Shown: positions 9,451-20,061 of the stretch, one piece after another
Numbering within the stretch: the stretch's first letter is position 1
Layout of the letters: each line of letters starts with the position of its first letter
Origin: Alphaproteobacteria bacterium
GTDB lineage: Bacteria > Pseudomonadota > Alphaproteobacteria > MPNO01
Length of the DNA stretch: 64,000 nt
NCBI GenBank assembly: GCA_964291675.2
Contig: OZ219866.1
Location: 2,976,001-3,040,000, forward strand
Direction of reading: 5' to 3'
Notes under the pieces: generated by a model
Seen by the model: only the letters and a program-made list of their open reading frames with translations
Database searches by the model: none
What the model was told of the DNA's origin: nothing
Translations under genes and position numbers: made by a program

Positions 9451-10884
9451 TCAGCGCTTGCCGCCGAATCCCGCGCTCAAATCCGCGCGCAGCACGACAC
9501 CGCCCATGCCCTCATGGCCCGGACCGAAGAACGCGCCGGTCACCTCCCCTGCATCGCCGCCGGTCCGGATGAAGCCGTTGCCGCGCACCTCGATCGCGTA
9601 GCCCAGGCGGCCGTCGCGCCATGTCGTCCCGCTCCCCGCCGGTCCCGGCGCCGCGCCGGCGGGCCAGCGCTCCAGCGCGGAAAAATCCAGCGCGCCCGTC
9701 AGCGAGCCCAGATCCACGGCGAGGTCGGCCGCGCCGGCGACGGACTCCGCCCCCGGCGTGAGCCCCGCGAGGCGGCCGGACCAGCTTGCGCGGCCGGAGA
9801 GCGCCGCGTTGTCCCCGAGCGGCGACCCCGGCGCGGGCCCGGCCGCCCAGGGCTGCGCGAGCCCGTTGCGCAGCGCGGCGCCGAACGCCAACTCGCCGCC
9901 CGCGACGTCGATGGCGCCGCGGATATGCATCGAGACGTCCGACCAGGACCCGAGCGCCGCCGCGATACGGTCCGGCGGGGTCCCGGGCGGCAAGTGGCGA
10001 TAGACCGCGAGCAGCGCCTCGCGATCGAGGGGGTGGAGCACGTGCGGGGTCAACGCCTCGCTGCCGCCCGAAACCATCAGCGTTGCCGGGAACCGGTTCG
10101 GGTCCACATGGCCGCGACCGAGCAAATGGATCAGCTCGTGCGCGATCACGCCCAGCCTTTCCAGCCCCTCGGTTTGCGCCGGGTCGATCCAGACCCGGCC
10201 GGCGACGATATCGATCCGCCAGGGAGCTTCCGGGTCTCCCGTGGGCTCGAGCGCGTAGCGCGGCGCCGCGAGCCCGATATCCTCCCCGCCCGGCGGCGCC
10301 GCTCCGACAGGCCAATCCGCCTGCGGCGCGAACGCGACCAGGATTTCTCCCACCGCAGCCTCCATCGCCTCGCTGGGGACGAATTCGCCGCCGAACCGGA
10401 GCTGCCAGTCTTGCGGCAGGGCCGCGTTGATCGCCTGCACCACGCGGACCGTCTCGTCGAGCAGCGCCGGCGGCGTGCCTTCGGCGACGCGAACCGCCGG
10501 CGGCGCCGCCGCGAAGCGAAGGACGAGCCCGCCGGGGATGAACTGGTCGTCCGCGTCGGCCTCCTCGCCCGGGTCCAGATACCCAGCGGCGTCCGCCCGC
10601 AGATAGGCGACCAGCTCGGCCGCGCCGACGCCGTCGGCGATCGGTCCGTGCGAGACGCGGGCCTCGCCGTGACGGGCGACCCGCGGCAGCCCGTCGGCGG
10701 GCGCGGCGACGTCCGCCCCCACATGCACAAGACCGTCGAGCTTCACGGTCGGTGCCTGGCGCGCCTGGCCGGGCGTTTGCAGCGCGACGTTCGAAGGATC
10801 CCCGGCCGGCATCCGGGCGTCTTCGGCGCAGGCGGCCAGCATGGCCGCAACCCCCACGGCCAACCCGTTGCGCAAGAGCTTCAT
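9451..10884 (-). CDS. Lipoprotein with HExxH zinc-peptidase-like domain and C-terminal TbpB-like beta-barrel
   Basis: Signal peptide MKLLRNGLAVGVAAMLAAC (lipobox); IAHELIHLLGRGH; ends with VTGAFFGPGHEGMGGVV..LSAGFGGKR. Confidence 0.7.
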   Translation of the reverse strand: MKLLRNGLAVGVAAMLAACAEDARMPAGDPSNVALQTPGQARQAPTVKLDGLVHVGADVAAPADGLPRVARHGEARVSHGPIADGVGAAELVAYLRADAAGYLDPGEEADADDQFIPGGLVLRFAAAPPAVRVAEGTPPALLDETVRVVQAINAALPQDWQLRFGGEFVPSEAMEAAVGEILVAFAPQADWPVGAAPPGGEDIGLAAPRYALEPTGDPEAPWRIDIVAGRVWIDPAQTEGLERLGVIAHELIHLLGRGHVDPNRFPATLMVSGGSEALTPHVLHPLDREALLAVYRHLPPGTPPDRIAAALGSWSDVSMHIRGAIDVAGGELAFGAALRNGLAQPWAAGPAPGSPLGDNAALSGRASWSGRLAGLTPGAESVAGAADLAVDLGSLTGALDFSALERWPAGAAPGPAGSGTTWRDGRLGYAIEVRGNGFIRTGGDAGEVTGAFFGPGHEGMGGVVLRADLSAGFGGKR

Positions 10885-11219
10885 GGCGTTTCTCCGTCGA
10901 CCCCCGCCGCGCCCGCGGCCGGCACCCCATGGTATCGCCCGGACACGCCCCGCCAATAGAGCCCGAAGGCCGGGGCCGGAAGTGCCGTTTGCCCAAAAAT
11001 CCATGCCGCGGCGGCATCGACCGGGCGAGGGCCGTCCAACCGGCAGCCGCGCCGCGCGCATCGCCGAGGCGATCTCCGGTCCCGCGACGGTCCGGGAGAA
11101 GGAGCACGTCGGCCACATGGCCGGATTCGACCCTGACGATGAGACGGGCGATGCCATCGCGGAGTTCCTGACGGGAGGCGCAAGCCGGAGTTTGGCCTCG
11201 GCGTTCGGCCGGCCCGGTG

Positions 11220-11591
11220 CAAAGGAAGTCTTGATACGCCTTGAAGACGGAGACGCGCTGGTCCCGCTGTCGTGGCACCTTGAGGTTCGCAACGGTCTCC
11301 TCGTCGCGATGCGGCGGGGGCGGACCCTCGGAACGTCTCGGTGTGCTGTCCGACCTGCCCATCCGGACCGACAGGCATGCAAACCTCGAAACCGCCTTCG
11401 CCCTGGCCGAGAGGCATGCGTTGTCGTTCTACGGCGCGGTCTATCTCGAGCTTGCGTGCCGCCACGAGGCGCCGCTCGCGACGTTCGACAACGCGCTTGC
11501 CCGGGCCGCCGCCGACGAGGGTCTGATCCCGGTCGGCGACAGGGGCTGCGGCGAGGTGGGGTGGCTGCAACAGCACGAGGACTTCGACTGA
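11220..11591 (+). pseudogene. vapC: PIN-domain toxin (VapC), 5'-truncated and frameshifted
   Basis: ALVPLSWHLEVRNGLLVAMRRGR in one frame, then LAERHALSFYGAVYLELA..PLATFDNALARAA in another; no N-terminal D motif. Confidence 0.75.
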
Positions 11592-11592
11592 C

Positions 11593-11935
11593 TGGATCAC
11601 CCCCGGACTCGTTCCGGGGGCCGGGCATGACGAGGGTGGGTGTGGGTGTTGGCGCTCCCCCCATGTCATGGCCGGACTTGTTCCGGCCACCCATGCGGCA
11701 CCCTCGCGCGCATGGCGGCCCGCCGGGAGAGGCGGCGGCGCCAGTGGGTGCCCGGATCAAGTCCGGGCATGACGGGAGGGGGTGTGGGTGTTGGCGCTTC
11801 CCCACCCCGTCATGGCCGGACTTGATCCGGCCATCCACGCGGCCTCTCCCCCGCATGACGGTCCGACGGGACGGGTGGCGGCGTCCATGGATGCCCGGAA
11901 CACTCCCGGACTCGTTCCGGGGGCCGGGCGTGACG
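11593..11935. repeat. REP-like palindrome cluster, family 1 (CGTC type)
   Basis: Units CGTCATGGCCGGACTTGATCCGGCCATCCA / TGGATGCCCGGATCAAGTCCGGGCATGACG. Confidence 0.88.
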
Positions 11936-12037
11936 GAAGAAGTGTCGTTGGCGTCCCGCTCGTCAAGTAATGGTTATGAGCCGCTATCGAAGGACGGCCT
12001 GGACCGCGTCCGCGGTTCCATCTGAAACGGACAGGCC

Positions 12038-12820
12038 CTACTTCGCGTGCGACGGGCGCCAGCGGAAGGCGCGGTGCTCCAGCCTCGCGAACACGCCGTG
12101 TTCGAGGATCAGCATCAGGATCACGAACAGGATCACCCAGGCCAGCACCTGCTCCATGCTGAACTGCTCGAACCAGAAGAAGAACATGTAGCCGATGCCG
12201 AACTTGATGCCGAAGGTCTCGGCCAGCGCGACGATCTTCCAGGTCATGCCGAAGGAGAAGCGGAAGGCGGAGAAGATATAGGGCATGAGCTGCGGCAGAT
12301 AGACCTTGCGGATCAGCGCCCGGCGGTCGGCCTTGAACGACTTCGCCATGTCGATCAGCGACTTGTCCATCGCCTTGGCGCCCTCGAAGATGTTCACCGC
12401 CACGAAGGGCGTGACCACGCCGATCACCGCGACCAGGCTGCCGACCTCGTTGAAGCCGAACCACAGCACGGCGAGAAACACCATCAGGATGGTCGGCATG
12501 GTGAGCGCCAGCGGGATCAGCGCCAGCAGCGAGTGCTCGAAGACCTTGCGCAGCCCCATGGTGAGGCCGATGCCGATGCCGGCCAGCATGGCGGCGGCGA
12601 AGGTGACGAAGATCCGCGCGAGCGAGATTCCGATGTGAAAGAACGCGGTCTGCCCCTCGGGGCCGAGCGTCGCCAGGTTGGTGAGGATGGTGGCGCCGAT
12701 CAGCAGCGGGCCCGGCAGCACCGTCTCGTCGCCCATCAGCAGCGCGGTGATCCACCAGATGACGATCAGCGCGACGATGGAGCCCGCCCGCAGCCCGACC
12801 GCTTTCCACCTCGCGCTCAT
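12038..12820 (-). CDS. ABC transporter permease (NitT/TauT/SsuC type)
   Basis: Multiple TM segments, LIDMAKSF..LIRKVYLPQ EAA-like loop, WKIVALAE. Confidence 0.9.
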   Translation of the reverse strand: MSARWKAVGLRAGSIVALIVIWWITALLMGDETVLPGPLLIGATILTNLATLGPEGQTAFFHIGISLARIFVTFAAAMLAGIGIGLTMGLRKVFEHSLLALIPLALTMPTILMVFLAVLWFGFNEVGSLVAVIGVVTPFVAVNIFEGAKAMDKSLIDMAKSFKADRRALIRKVYLPQLMPYIFSAFRFSFGMTWKIVALAETFGIKFGIGYMFFFWFEQFSMEQVLAWVILFVILMLILEHGVFARLEHRAFRWRPSHAK

Positions 12821-12821
12821 G

Positions 12822-13650
<829 letters not shown>

Positions 13651-13661
<11 letters not shown>

Positions 13662-14424
13662 ATTTGTGCCTCCAGACGAATGTGCGCTTCTCCCACAGGC
13701 GGAAGATCAGCAGGTCGATCAGGGTCATGATGATCATGAAGCTGATGCCCCAGGCGAGCATCATGTCGACGCGGGTGTCCTCGAACCAGTAGATGAGCCG
13801 CTGGCCGACGCCGCTGGCGACGCCGAACGCCTCGCCGACCAGGACGATCTTCCACGACAGCGAGAGCGCGATCCTGAGCGCCGAGAACAGATAGGGCATG
13901 AGCTGCGGGATGATCACCTTGCGGATCACCAGCGAACGGTCCGCCCGGTAGACATGGGCCATGTCGATCAGCGCCTTCTCGACCGCCTTGGTGCCTTCCC
14001 ACACATTCATCGAGACGAAGGGGAAGACGATCAGCAGGACCGTCAGCAAGGGCGCGATCTCCGACAGGCCGAACCAGAGCACCGCGAGGAACGCCCAGCA
14101 GATCGCCGGGAAGGTCAGCAGCACCATGATCCAGCTGTCGAGGAACGCCTCCAGGTCGCGCCTGAGGCCCATCATCAGGCCGATCGCGGTGCCGATCAGC
14201 ATCGACAGCACCAGCCCCTGGAAGATCCGCGAGACCGTCTGCCAGACCACCAGATAGGTCTCGGCCTCGCCATAGACCTCGATCACCCGGTCGAGCAGCA
14301 CCAGCGGGCCCGGCAGGAAGACCGGCAGGAACAGGAGCGAGACCAGCTGCCAGAGGATCAAGGCGGCGACGACGGTCATCAGCCCGGGCAGGAAGCCGGG
14401 CCGGAACAGCTCCCATTCCCTCAT
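13651..14424 (-). CDS. ABC transporter permease (NitT/TauT/SsuC type)
   Basis: TM segments, [24 protein letters not shown]; start MREWELF after GGAGG. Confidence 0.9.
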
Positions 14425-14649
14425 GGCGCGCCTCCCGGGCCGGGGCGCGCTGCGCCGGGCCGCTCGGGCCGGCGTCGACGGGTTGCAGTCATGGGCGTCT
14501 CGCTGCCATGGGAACGCCGCAATATGGCACAGCGCGACCGGCGGGTGTAACCCCGCCGGTAGGCTCGCGAAATTGTGGGCGCGGTGTGGTCTTGAATGGC
14601 GCCAAGCGGCGGCCCATAGTCGGCGGGGCTCGACAGGGAGCGACAGGCG

Positions 14650-14910
14650 ATGGAACTGTCCCTGCGCGAGGCCAGGGCGCGGCTCTCCGAGCTCGTCGCC
14701 GCCGCGCGGGCGATCGTCACCCGGCACGGCGGCATCGACTTCGACAGGCTGGAGAAGACCCGCCGGCGCCTCGGGATCGAGGACGGGGACGGCTGGCCGG
14801 AGGCGTTCGACGATCCCGCCTTCAGCCGGCGCGTGCTCTGTCTCGACGACGAGTAGCCCGCCCGAAGATGCGCCTCAAGCTCAACGCCCGCCATCCCTCC
14901 GGCGCGCGCA
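14650..14910 (+). pseudogene. Degenerate copy of phd/vapC pair (internally deleted antitoxin plus toxin fragment)
   Basis: MELSLREARARLSELVAAARAIVTRHGGIDF is 15079 ORF with deletions; 14867-14910 matches the vapC segment GATGCGCCTCAAG..CCATCCCTCCGGCGCGCGCA. Confidence 0.8.
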
Positions 14911-15078
14911 GCTCCCAGCCCCTCATGGCGCGTCCCCCATGGCTCGGCGAACCCCGCACCATCGCACAGCGGGGCAGGCGATCCCCGACGGCGCTTTCGC
15001 GCAATTGTGATCACAACGTACGCTTGATTCGGAGCCTGCCGCAGCCGATAGTCCGACCACCGGATCGGGAGCGAGTCC

Positions 15079-15360
15079 ATGGAGCTTTCCTTGCGCGAGG
15101 CCAAGGCACGGCTTTCCGAACTCGTCAGCGCCGCGCGCAACGGCGAGCGGGTGGTCATCACCCGGCACGGCCGGCCGGCCGCCGAACTGGTGCGCTGCGA
15201 CCGGAGCGGCGGCATCGACTTCGACAAGCTGGAGGAAACCCGCCGGCGCCTCGGGATCGAGGACGCGCCGCCCGAAGAGGTTGCGGCGATGGAGGCCGCG
15301 TTCCACGATCCCGCGTTCAGCCGCCAGGCGCTCGGGCTGGAGGACGAAGAGGACGGCTGA
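15079..15360 (+). CDS. Phd/YefM-family antitoxin
   Basis: SLREAKARLSELVSAARNGERVVITRHGRPAAEL. Confidence 0.9.
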   Translation: MELSLREAKARLSELVSAARNGERVVITRHGRPAAELVRCDRSGGIDFDKLEETRRRLGIEDAPPEEVAAMEAAFHDPAFSRQALGLEDEEDG

Positions 15361-15363
15361 CCG

Positions 15364-15759
15364 GTGCGCGTCCTCCTCGACACGACCTATCTCTACCGGC
15401 TGATGGAGGCGCTGGGGACGCTGCCCGCGGCAGACCGGGAATTCCTCGCCGCGAACGAGGCCCGGCTCTATGTCAGCGCGGTGTCGATCTGGGAGATGCG
15501 CCTCAAGTTCAACGCCCGCCATCCCTCCGGCGCGCGCAAGAGCCCGTTCGACCCCAATGACGCGATCGCCGCGCTCGAAGGCCAGGAGGTGACCTTCCTG
15601 CCGCTCACCATGGCGCATGCCGCGGCGGCGCTGGAGACGCCGCTCGAACACCGCGACCCGTTCGACGAGTTGCTGCTTGTCCAGGCCCAGGTCGAGGGCC
15701 TCAGCCTGCTCACCGCCGACCGCCGCCTCGCCGCCCACCCGCTGGCGGTCACGGCGTAG
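15364..15759 (+). CDS. vapC: PIN-domain toxin
   Basis: VLLDT, SAVSIWE, HRDPFDELLLVQA, LLTAD. Confidence 0.9.
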   Translation: MRVLLDTTYLYRLMEALGTLPAADREFLAANEARLYVSAVSIWEMRLKFNARHPSGARKSPFDPNDAIAALEGQEVTFLPLTMAHAAAALETPLEHRDPFDELLLVQAQVEGLSLLTADRRLAAHPLAVTA

Positions 15760-15774
15760 GGCGGGCGACTGCAA

Positions 15775-15970
15775 ATGTCCGACCTGACGCGATCTTCCAT
15801 CCAGGCCGCCCGAACGACCGCCGAGGGCGAACGGCCCCGGATGCGGAGGCGAAACGACGATCTCCACGACTTTCTGGCCCGGGTAACGCCGGACAACCTT
15901 CATCCCGAGCAGGACACCGGCGAGCCCCGGGGCAACGAGGAATGGTAGCGGCCCAGGCGATCTTCCTAAA
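15775..15970 (+). pseudogene. mazE: MazE-like antitoxin remnant (57 aa, 15775-15948) plus possible first codons of MazF
   Basis: C-terminus LHDFLARVTPDNLHPEQDTGEPRGNEEW* is typical of MazE; overlapping ATG GTA start is cut off by a REP; AbrB N-domain absent. Confidence 0.65.
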
Positions 15971-15979
15971 CGTTCCCCC

Positions 15980-16215
15980 CTCCGTCATGGCCGGAATTGA
16001 TCCGGCCACCCATGCGCGGACTTGATCCGCGCAACCACTGGCGCCACCGGTACAACGCCCCGTCGGGAGGAGCGGCGGCGCCAGTGGATGCCCGGATCAA
16101 GTCCGGGCATGACGATGGGGGGAGGCATGGTGATGGGGCGGGAAACGCCGGGCGCGACGCGCGTCGAAGGCTAAACCGGACAGCAGTGGACTCGATCCGG
16201 CCATCCATGCAGCCC
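15980..16215. repeat. REP family 1 composite cluster
   Basis: Nested CGTC-type palindromes with the GGCGCCACCGGTACAACGCCCCGTCGG linker and an AAACCGGACAGCAGT module. Confidence 0.85.
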
Positions 16216-16334
16216 CTCTGCCCGCACGGCAGTGGACCGGGGAGCGCAGACCCGTCGAAGTCGGCTTGACAATCTGTTCTTACAACTTGTAAATATAGTC
16301 TCCGGGCCGCGCTGCGAAAAGACGGGGTTCCCGA

Positions 16335-16898
16335 ATGGCTGCACGGAGCGAACGCGGACCGGACAGCGGAGCGATCCATGCGGAGGTCCTCGCGGCTGCC
16401 CGACGTCTCTGCTCCCCGCCGGGCTGGAGCTTCAGGCTGATCGACGTGGTCCGCGACCTGCCCCATCTGAAGGAAGGCTCGGTCCGCACCCATATCGTCA
16501 GCCGGTGCTGCGTGAACGCGCCGGCCAACCATCCCCATCGCTGGCCGTATTTCCGCCGCGTGGGCCGGGGCCGCTACGAGCTCCTTCCGGCATTCCGCCC
16601 CTCCGAGATGGAGGAACCGCGCTCTCCCTTGGAGACCGCCGACGGGGATCGGCGGCACGCCCCGGCACCCGATTCGCGGTCCGCGATCCATGCGGTGATC
16701 TCCGAGAGCGAGGGGTGGTACGTGGCGGAATGCCTCGAAGTCGCCGTCGTCACCCAGGGCCGGTCGCTGGACGAGACCCTGGCGAACCTGCGCAGCGCGC
16801 TCGCGCTGCACCTCGACGACGAGGAGCTGGCGCGGGCCGGGCTGCAGCCGGCGCCGCGGCTCGTGGTCAACTACGAGACCGCCGCCGTCTCCCCCTGA
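16335..16898 (+). CDS. hicB: HicB-family antitoxin with extra N-terminal (winged-helix-like) domain
   Basis: C-half EGWYVAECLEVAVVTQGRSLDETLANLRSALALHL; N-half SVRTHIVSRCCVNAPANH..RRVGRGRYEL. Confidence 0.75.
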   Translation: MAARSERGPDSGAIHAEVLAAARRLCSPPGWSFRLIDVVRDLPHLKEGSVRTHIVSRCCVNAPANHPHRWPYFRRVGRGRYELLPAFRPSEMEEPRSPLETADGDRRHAPAPDSRSAIHAVISESEGWYVAECLEVAVVTQGRSLDETLANLRSALALHLDDEELARAGLQPAPRLVVNYETAAVSP

Positions 16899-17143
16899 TG
16901 CCCCGCCTGAAGCGGCTGACATCGCGGGCCGTCGTGCGGATTTTCCGGCGCTTCGGGTTCGAGGTCGTCTCGACCCGGGGCAGCCACGCGAAGCTCGTCC
17001 GCATGACCGCGTCCGGCGAACGGCAGGTTCTTACCGTGCCCATGCACACAGAGCTCGCTCCCGGCACACTGCGCGCGATCTACCGCCAAGCGTCCCGTTT
17101 CGTCGCTTCCGCGGAGCTGCGGCGCGCGTTCTATTCCGAGTGA
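16898..17143 (+). CDS. hicA: HicA-family mRNA interferase toxin
   Basis: FGFEVVSTRGSHAKL, LTVPMH, LAPGTLRAIYRQA; TGATG coupling. Confidence 0.9.
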   Translation: MPRLKRLTSRAVVRIFRRFGFEVVSTRGSHAKLVRMTASGERQVLTVPMHTELAPGTLRAIYRQASRFVASAELRRAFYSE

Positions 17144-17153
17144 GTCCCCGCCC

Positions 17154-17648
17154 TCACCGCGTCGGCGCGCGGCTGAACTCGTTGTTGGCGGCGACGAGCG
17201 CCGCGAGGCTTCGCATCAGCCGGGCGCGGTCGGGCTCGCTCAGCGGCGCCACCAGGCGCTCCTGGGCGCGCAGCATGGCGGCCTCCATCCGCGCGGTCAG
17301 CGCCGCGCCGTCCGGCGTCAGATAGGCGAGGCGCACGCGCCGGTCCTCATCCCCCCGGCGGCGTTCGATCAGCCCGCGCTGGGCGAGGCGTTGCAGCACG
17401 TCGGCGACATTGGTGCGGTCGATCCCGGCGTCCCGCGCCAGCGTGATCTGGTCCCGCCCGGGCGCGATCGCGAGCGCCGTCAGCACCGCGTACTGCACCG
17501 GCGTCACGTCGAACCCGCGGCACTCTTCGAGGAACAGCGCGACATGGATCTGGTGCAGCCGGCGGATCAAAAACCCCGGCCGGTCCCACAGCCGCGCCTC
17601 GATCTCGGCTTCCGGCGCCGCCTGGCCGTCCTCCCGGCCTCCGCTCAT
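17154..17648 (-). CDS. MarR-family transcriptional regulator
   Basis: PGFLIRRLHQ, VTPVQYAVL, IDRTNVADVLQRL, DRRVRLAYLT. Confidence 0.92.
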   Translation of the reverse strand: MSGGREDGQAAPEAEIEARLWDRPGFLIRRLHQIHVALFLEECRGFDVTPVQYAVLTALAIAPGRDQITLARDAGIDRTNVADVLQRLAQRGLIERRRGDEDRRVRLAYLTPDGAALTARMEAAMLRAQERLVAPLSEPDRARLMRSLAALVAANNEFSRAPTR

Positions 17649-18619
17649 CCCGCCGGACCGCCGAGCAGCAGCCCGTTATTGCCGCCCAGGATGCCGTCCC
17701 CCGCATCGCCGAGGGCGCGGATGCCGTCGACGAAGGCCCTGACGGCCGCGGGCTTGCGGATCTCCTGCGGGTAGTCGCTCGCGAACACGATGCGCTCGGC
17801 CGGAAGCTCGACCAGCGAGGTCGCGACCGAGCGCGCATCGCCGCAGAACCCGGCGGTGTCGAACACCATGCGCTCGGCGAGGTAATCGTCGAAGTCGCGC
17901 TCGGGATTGCGGCCGTGCCGGTCGTTGCCCGCCGTGCCCCAGAACGCGCGGTCCTGGTAGCTGCGGATGCGCCCCAGCACCGAGGCGATGCCGCCGCCGA
18001 GATGGGCCATCTGGACGGTGAGGTCCGGGTGGCGGTCGAACACGCCGCCATTGACCAGGCGGATCGTCGCCTGGATCAGCGAGAACTCGCGCCCGACCGC
18101 GCGGGCGAGGTCGTAGGCGTCGAACTGCCGCGCATGGGTGAGGCGGAGCGCCGGGTGGACGAAGACGTAGAGCCCGAGCCTGGACGCCTCGGCCCAGAAC
18201 GGGTCGAGCTCGGGCGCGTCGAGCCCGATGCCGTCGAACTCCGACGTGATGACCACGCCCGGGAAGCCGAGCTCGCCCGCGCAGCGCGCGAGCTCGCGCA
18301 TCGCCTCGGCTCCGCCCAGCGGGTGGGCGTGCGCGGTGCCGGCGAAGCGGCCGGGATAGGCGCGCTCCGCCGAGCTGGCGGCGTCGTTGCAGAGCCTCGA
18401 CTTCTCGATCCCGGCGCACATCCCCTCGGCGCAGGAGAGCATCGCGGTCCCGATGCCGGCCGCGTCCATCATCTCGACATGGGCGTCGAGGTCGACCAGC
18501 AGGTTGTGGAAGCTGTAGGACGGCACGCCGTTCTCGTCGTAGCGGGTGAACGGCGCGTCGCCTGCGCCGTCCGGCAGCAGCTCGCGCGGCAGGAAGTGGT
18601 GCTGGAAGTCGACGATCAT
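17645..18619 (-). CDS. Amidohydrolase-family protein (ACMSD/decarboxylase-like)
   Basis: IVDFQHH, LYVFVHP, MAHLGGG, FASDYP. Confidence 0.88.
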   Translation of the reverse strand: MIVDFQHHFLPRELLPDGAGDAPFTRYDENGVPSYSFHNLLVDLDAHVEMMDAAGIGTAMLSCAEGMCAGIEKSRLCNDAASSAERAYPGRFAGTAHAHPLGGAEAMRELARCAGELGFPGVVITSEFDGIGLDAPELDPFWAEASRLGLYVFVHPALRLTHARQFDAYDLARAVGREFSLIQATIRLVNGGVFDRHPDLTVQMAHLGGGIASVLGRIRSYQDRAFWGTAGNDRHGRNPERDFDDYLAERMVFDTAGFCGDARSVATSLVELPAERIVFASDYPQEIRKPAAVRAFVDGIRALGDAGDGILGGNNGLLLGGPAG

Positions 18620-19641
18620 TGCGGCACCGCCTCCAGCCCGACGATGCGCGCCGGGTTGAGCACCGAGACCCGGCGGATCTCGTCCTCGTCCAGCCCGAAC
18701 GCCGCCATGTAGCCGCGGATCAGGCGGATGCACTCGACCGAGTTGGGGAACAGCGGCTCGCCGGCATCCGACGACAGCGTGCAATGGGCCGGCCCCACTG
18801 CGCGGATCGCCTCGTACATCCGCGCCGGGTCGACGCCGAGCAGCGGCGACAGCTCGTCATAGGTGAAGTTGAGCGTAATCCCGGCGCCCGCCAGGCGCTT
18901 CATGTGCTCGATCTCGAGGTCGACGAAGGGGCTGAACGGGTGGTCGATCACCGCCTTCCCGAAGCCGAGCGCGGCGACCAGCTCGGCGAGGCGGTCGATC
19001 TCCCCATGGGTCGCGTGGCCGAAGAACAGCGCGATGCCGCGCTCGGCGCAGAGCCTCACGATATCCGCCACCTCGTCCTTCAGGCGTCCGTCCTCGCCCA
19101 GCAGGTAGTGGCCCTTCTCCAGCGCCTCCTCCCAGGGCAGCGGCTCGGAATGCGCCGCCGGGTCGGCGTCGGGGTCCCACCAGATCTCGCGCCCGCCCAC
19201 CTTGAAGTAGGTGTTGGCGTGGTTGAACACGGGCAGCCAGAGCGCGACCGCGCCCGAGGCGATCTGGTCCTCGCACCAGCGCCTGGTCGGCGCCGAGCCG
19301 TCGAACCCCATCAGCGCGCCGGCCCAGCACTCGACCGGCCGCACCCCCTCGGCGTCGGCCCATTCGGCGAGCGCGTCGCGGATGCGCCCCACCGCGTCGG
19401 CCGGGCGGGCGAAATCGGTGATGGTCTTGAACAGGATCCCCCGCATGCCCGAGCGCGAGGCGAATTTGGCGAGCGCCAGCGCGTCCTGCTGGCCGCCATG
19501 GGCGTGGCAGTGGATGTCGATCGCATCCGTCACGTTGGGCGCCTCGGGCGGGAAGAACACGCCCGGCGCATAGCCGCGCCGCGCCGGGTAGGAGGTGACG
19601 CAGCGCTCCTCGGTCGGGGTCGCGGGTGTGGTCCTCGCCAT
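18616..19641 (-). CDS. DUF6282-like metallohydrolase-fold protein
   Basis: AIDIHCH, FGHAT, IDHP, LSSDAG, NPARIVGL. Confidence 0.7.
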   Translation of the reverse strand: MARTTPATPTEERCVTSYPARRGYAPGVFFPPEAPNVTDAIDIHCHAHGGQQDALALAKFASRSGMRGILFKTITDFARPADAVGRIRDALAEWADAEGVRPVECWAGALMGFDGSAPTRRWCEDQIASGAVALWLPVFNHANTYFKVGGREIWWDPDADPAAHSEPLPWEEALEKGHYLLGEDGRLKDEVADIVRLCAERGIALFFGHATHGEIDRLAELVAALGFGKAVIDHPFSPFVDLEIEHMKRLAGAGITLNFTYDELSPLLGVDPARMYEAIRAVGPAHCTLSSDAGEPLFPNSVECIRLIRGYMAAFGLDEDEIRRVSVLNPARIVGLEAVPQ

Positions 19642-19848
19642 CGCCTGTCCTCGGATAGGGGTGCCGGGGGCAGACTACATCAGAAGGGCGGGCGTTGGGA
19701 TCAGAAGGGCGGGCGTTGGGCAGGCGGGGCGGTTGTCGCTTCGGGCGGGGCGGGAATGCGCTCTCCCCACCGTCCCCACCCGCGCCGGCCTTGAACCGAG
19801 CGTCCGGTTTTCTTACGTTTCTTTTATCGATTGGAAAAGGTTACGACC

Positions 19849-20061
19849 ATGTCAAGGACAGCAACCCTGTCGTCCAAGTTCCAGATCTCGATCCCGAAGG
19901 CGGTGCGAACGGCTCGGCAATGGGAAGCCGGGCAGGTCTTCGCCTTCATCCCCAAGGGAACCGGCGTCCTCCTCGTTCCGGTCCCGGATCGCGACGCGCT
20001 CGCCGGCATCGCCGATGGCGCCGCGACGGACGGCTACCGCGATCGCTCGGATCGGCGCTGA
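19849..20061 (+). CDS. AbrB/MazE-family antitoxin
   Basis: ATLSSKFQISIPKAVR..W.AGQ. Confidence 0.88.
   Translation: MSRTATLSSKFQISIPKAVRTARQWEAGQVFAFIPKGTGVLLVPVPDRDALAGIADGAATDGYRDRSDRR

Noticed and set aside
10885-11856. N-terminal extension making an 801-aa protein (9451-11856)
   Set aside because: The extension crosses REPs and the vapC remnant; the lipoprotein signal peptide begins at 10884
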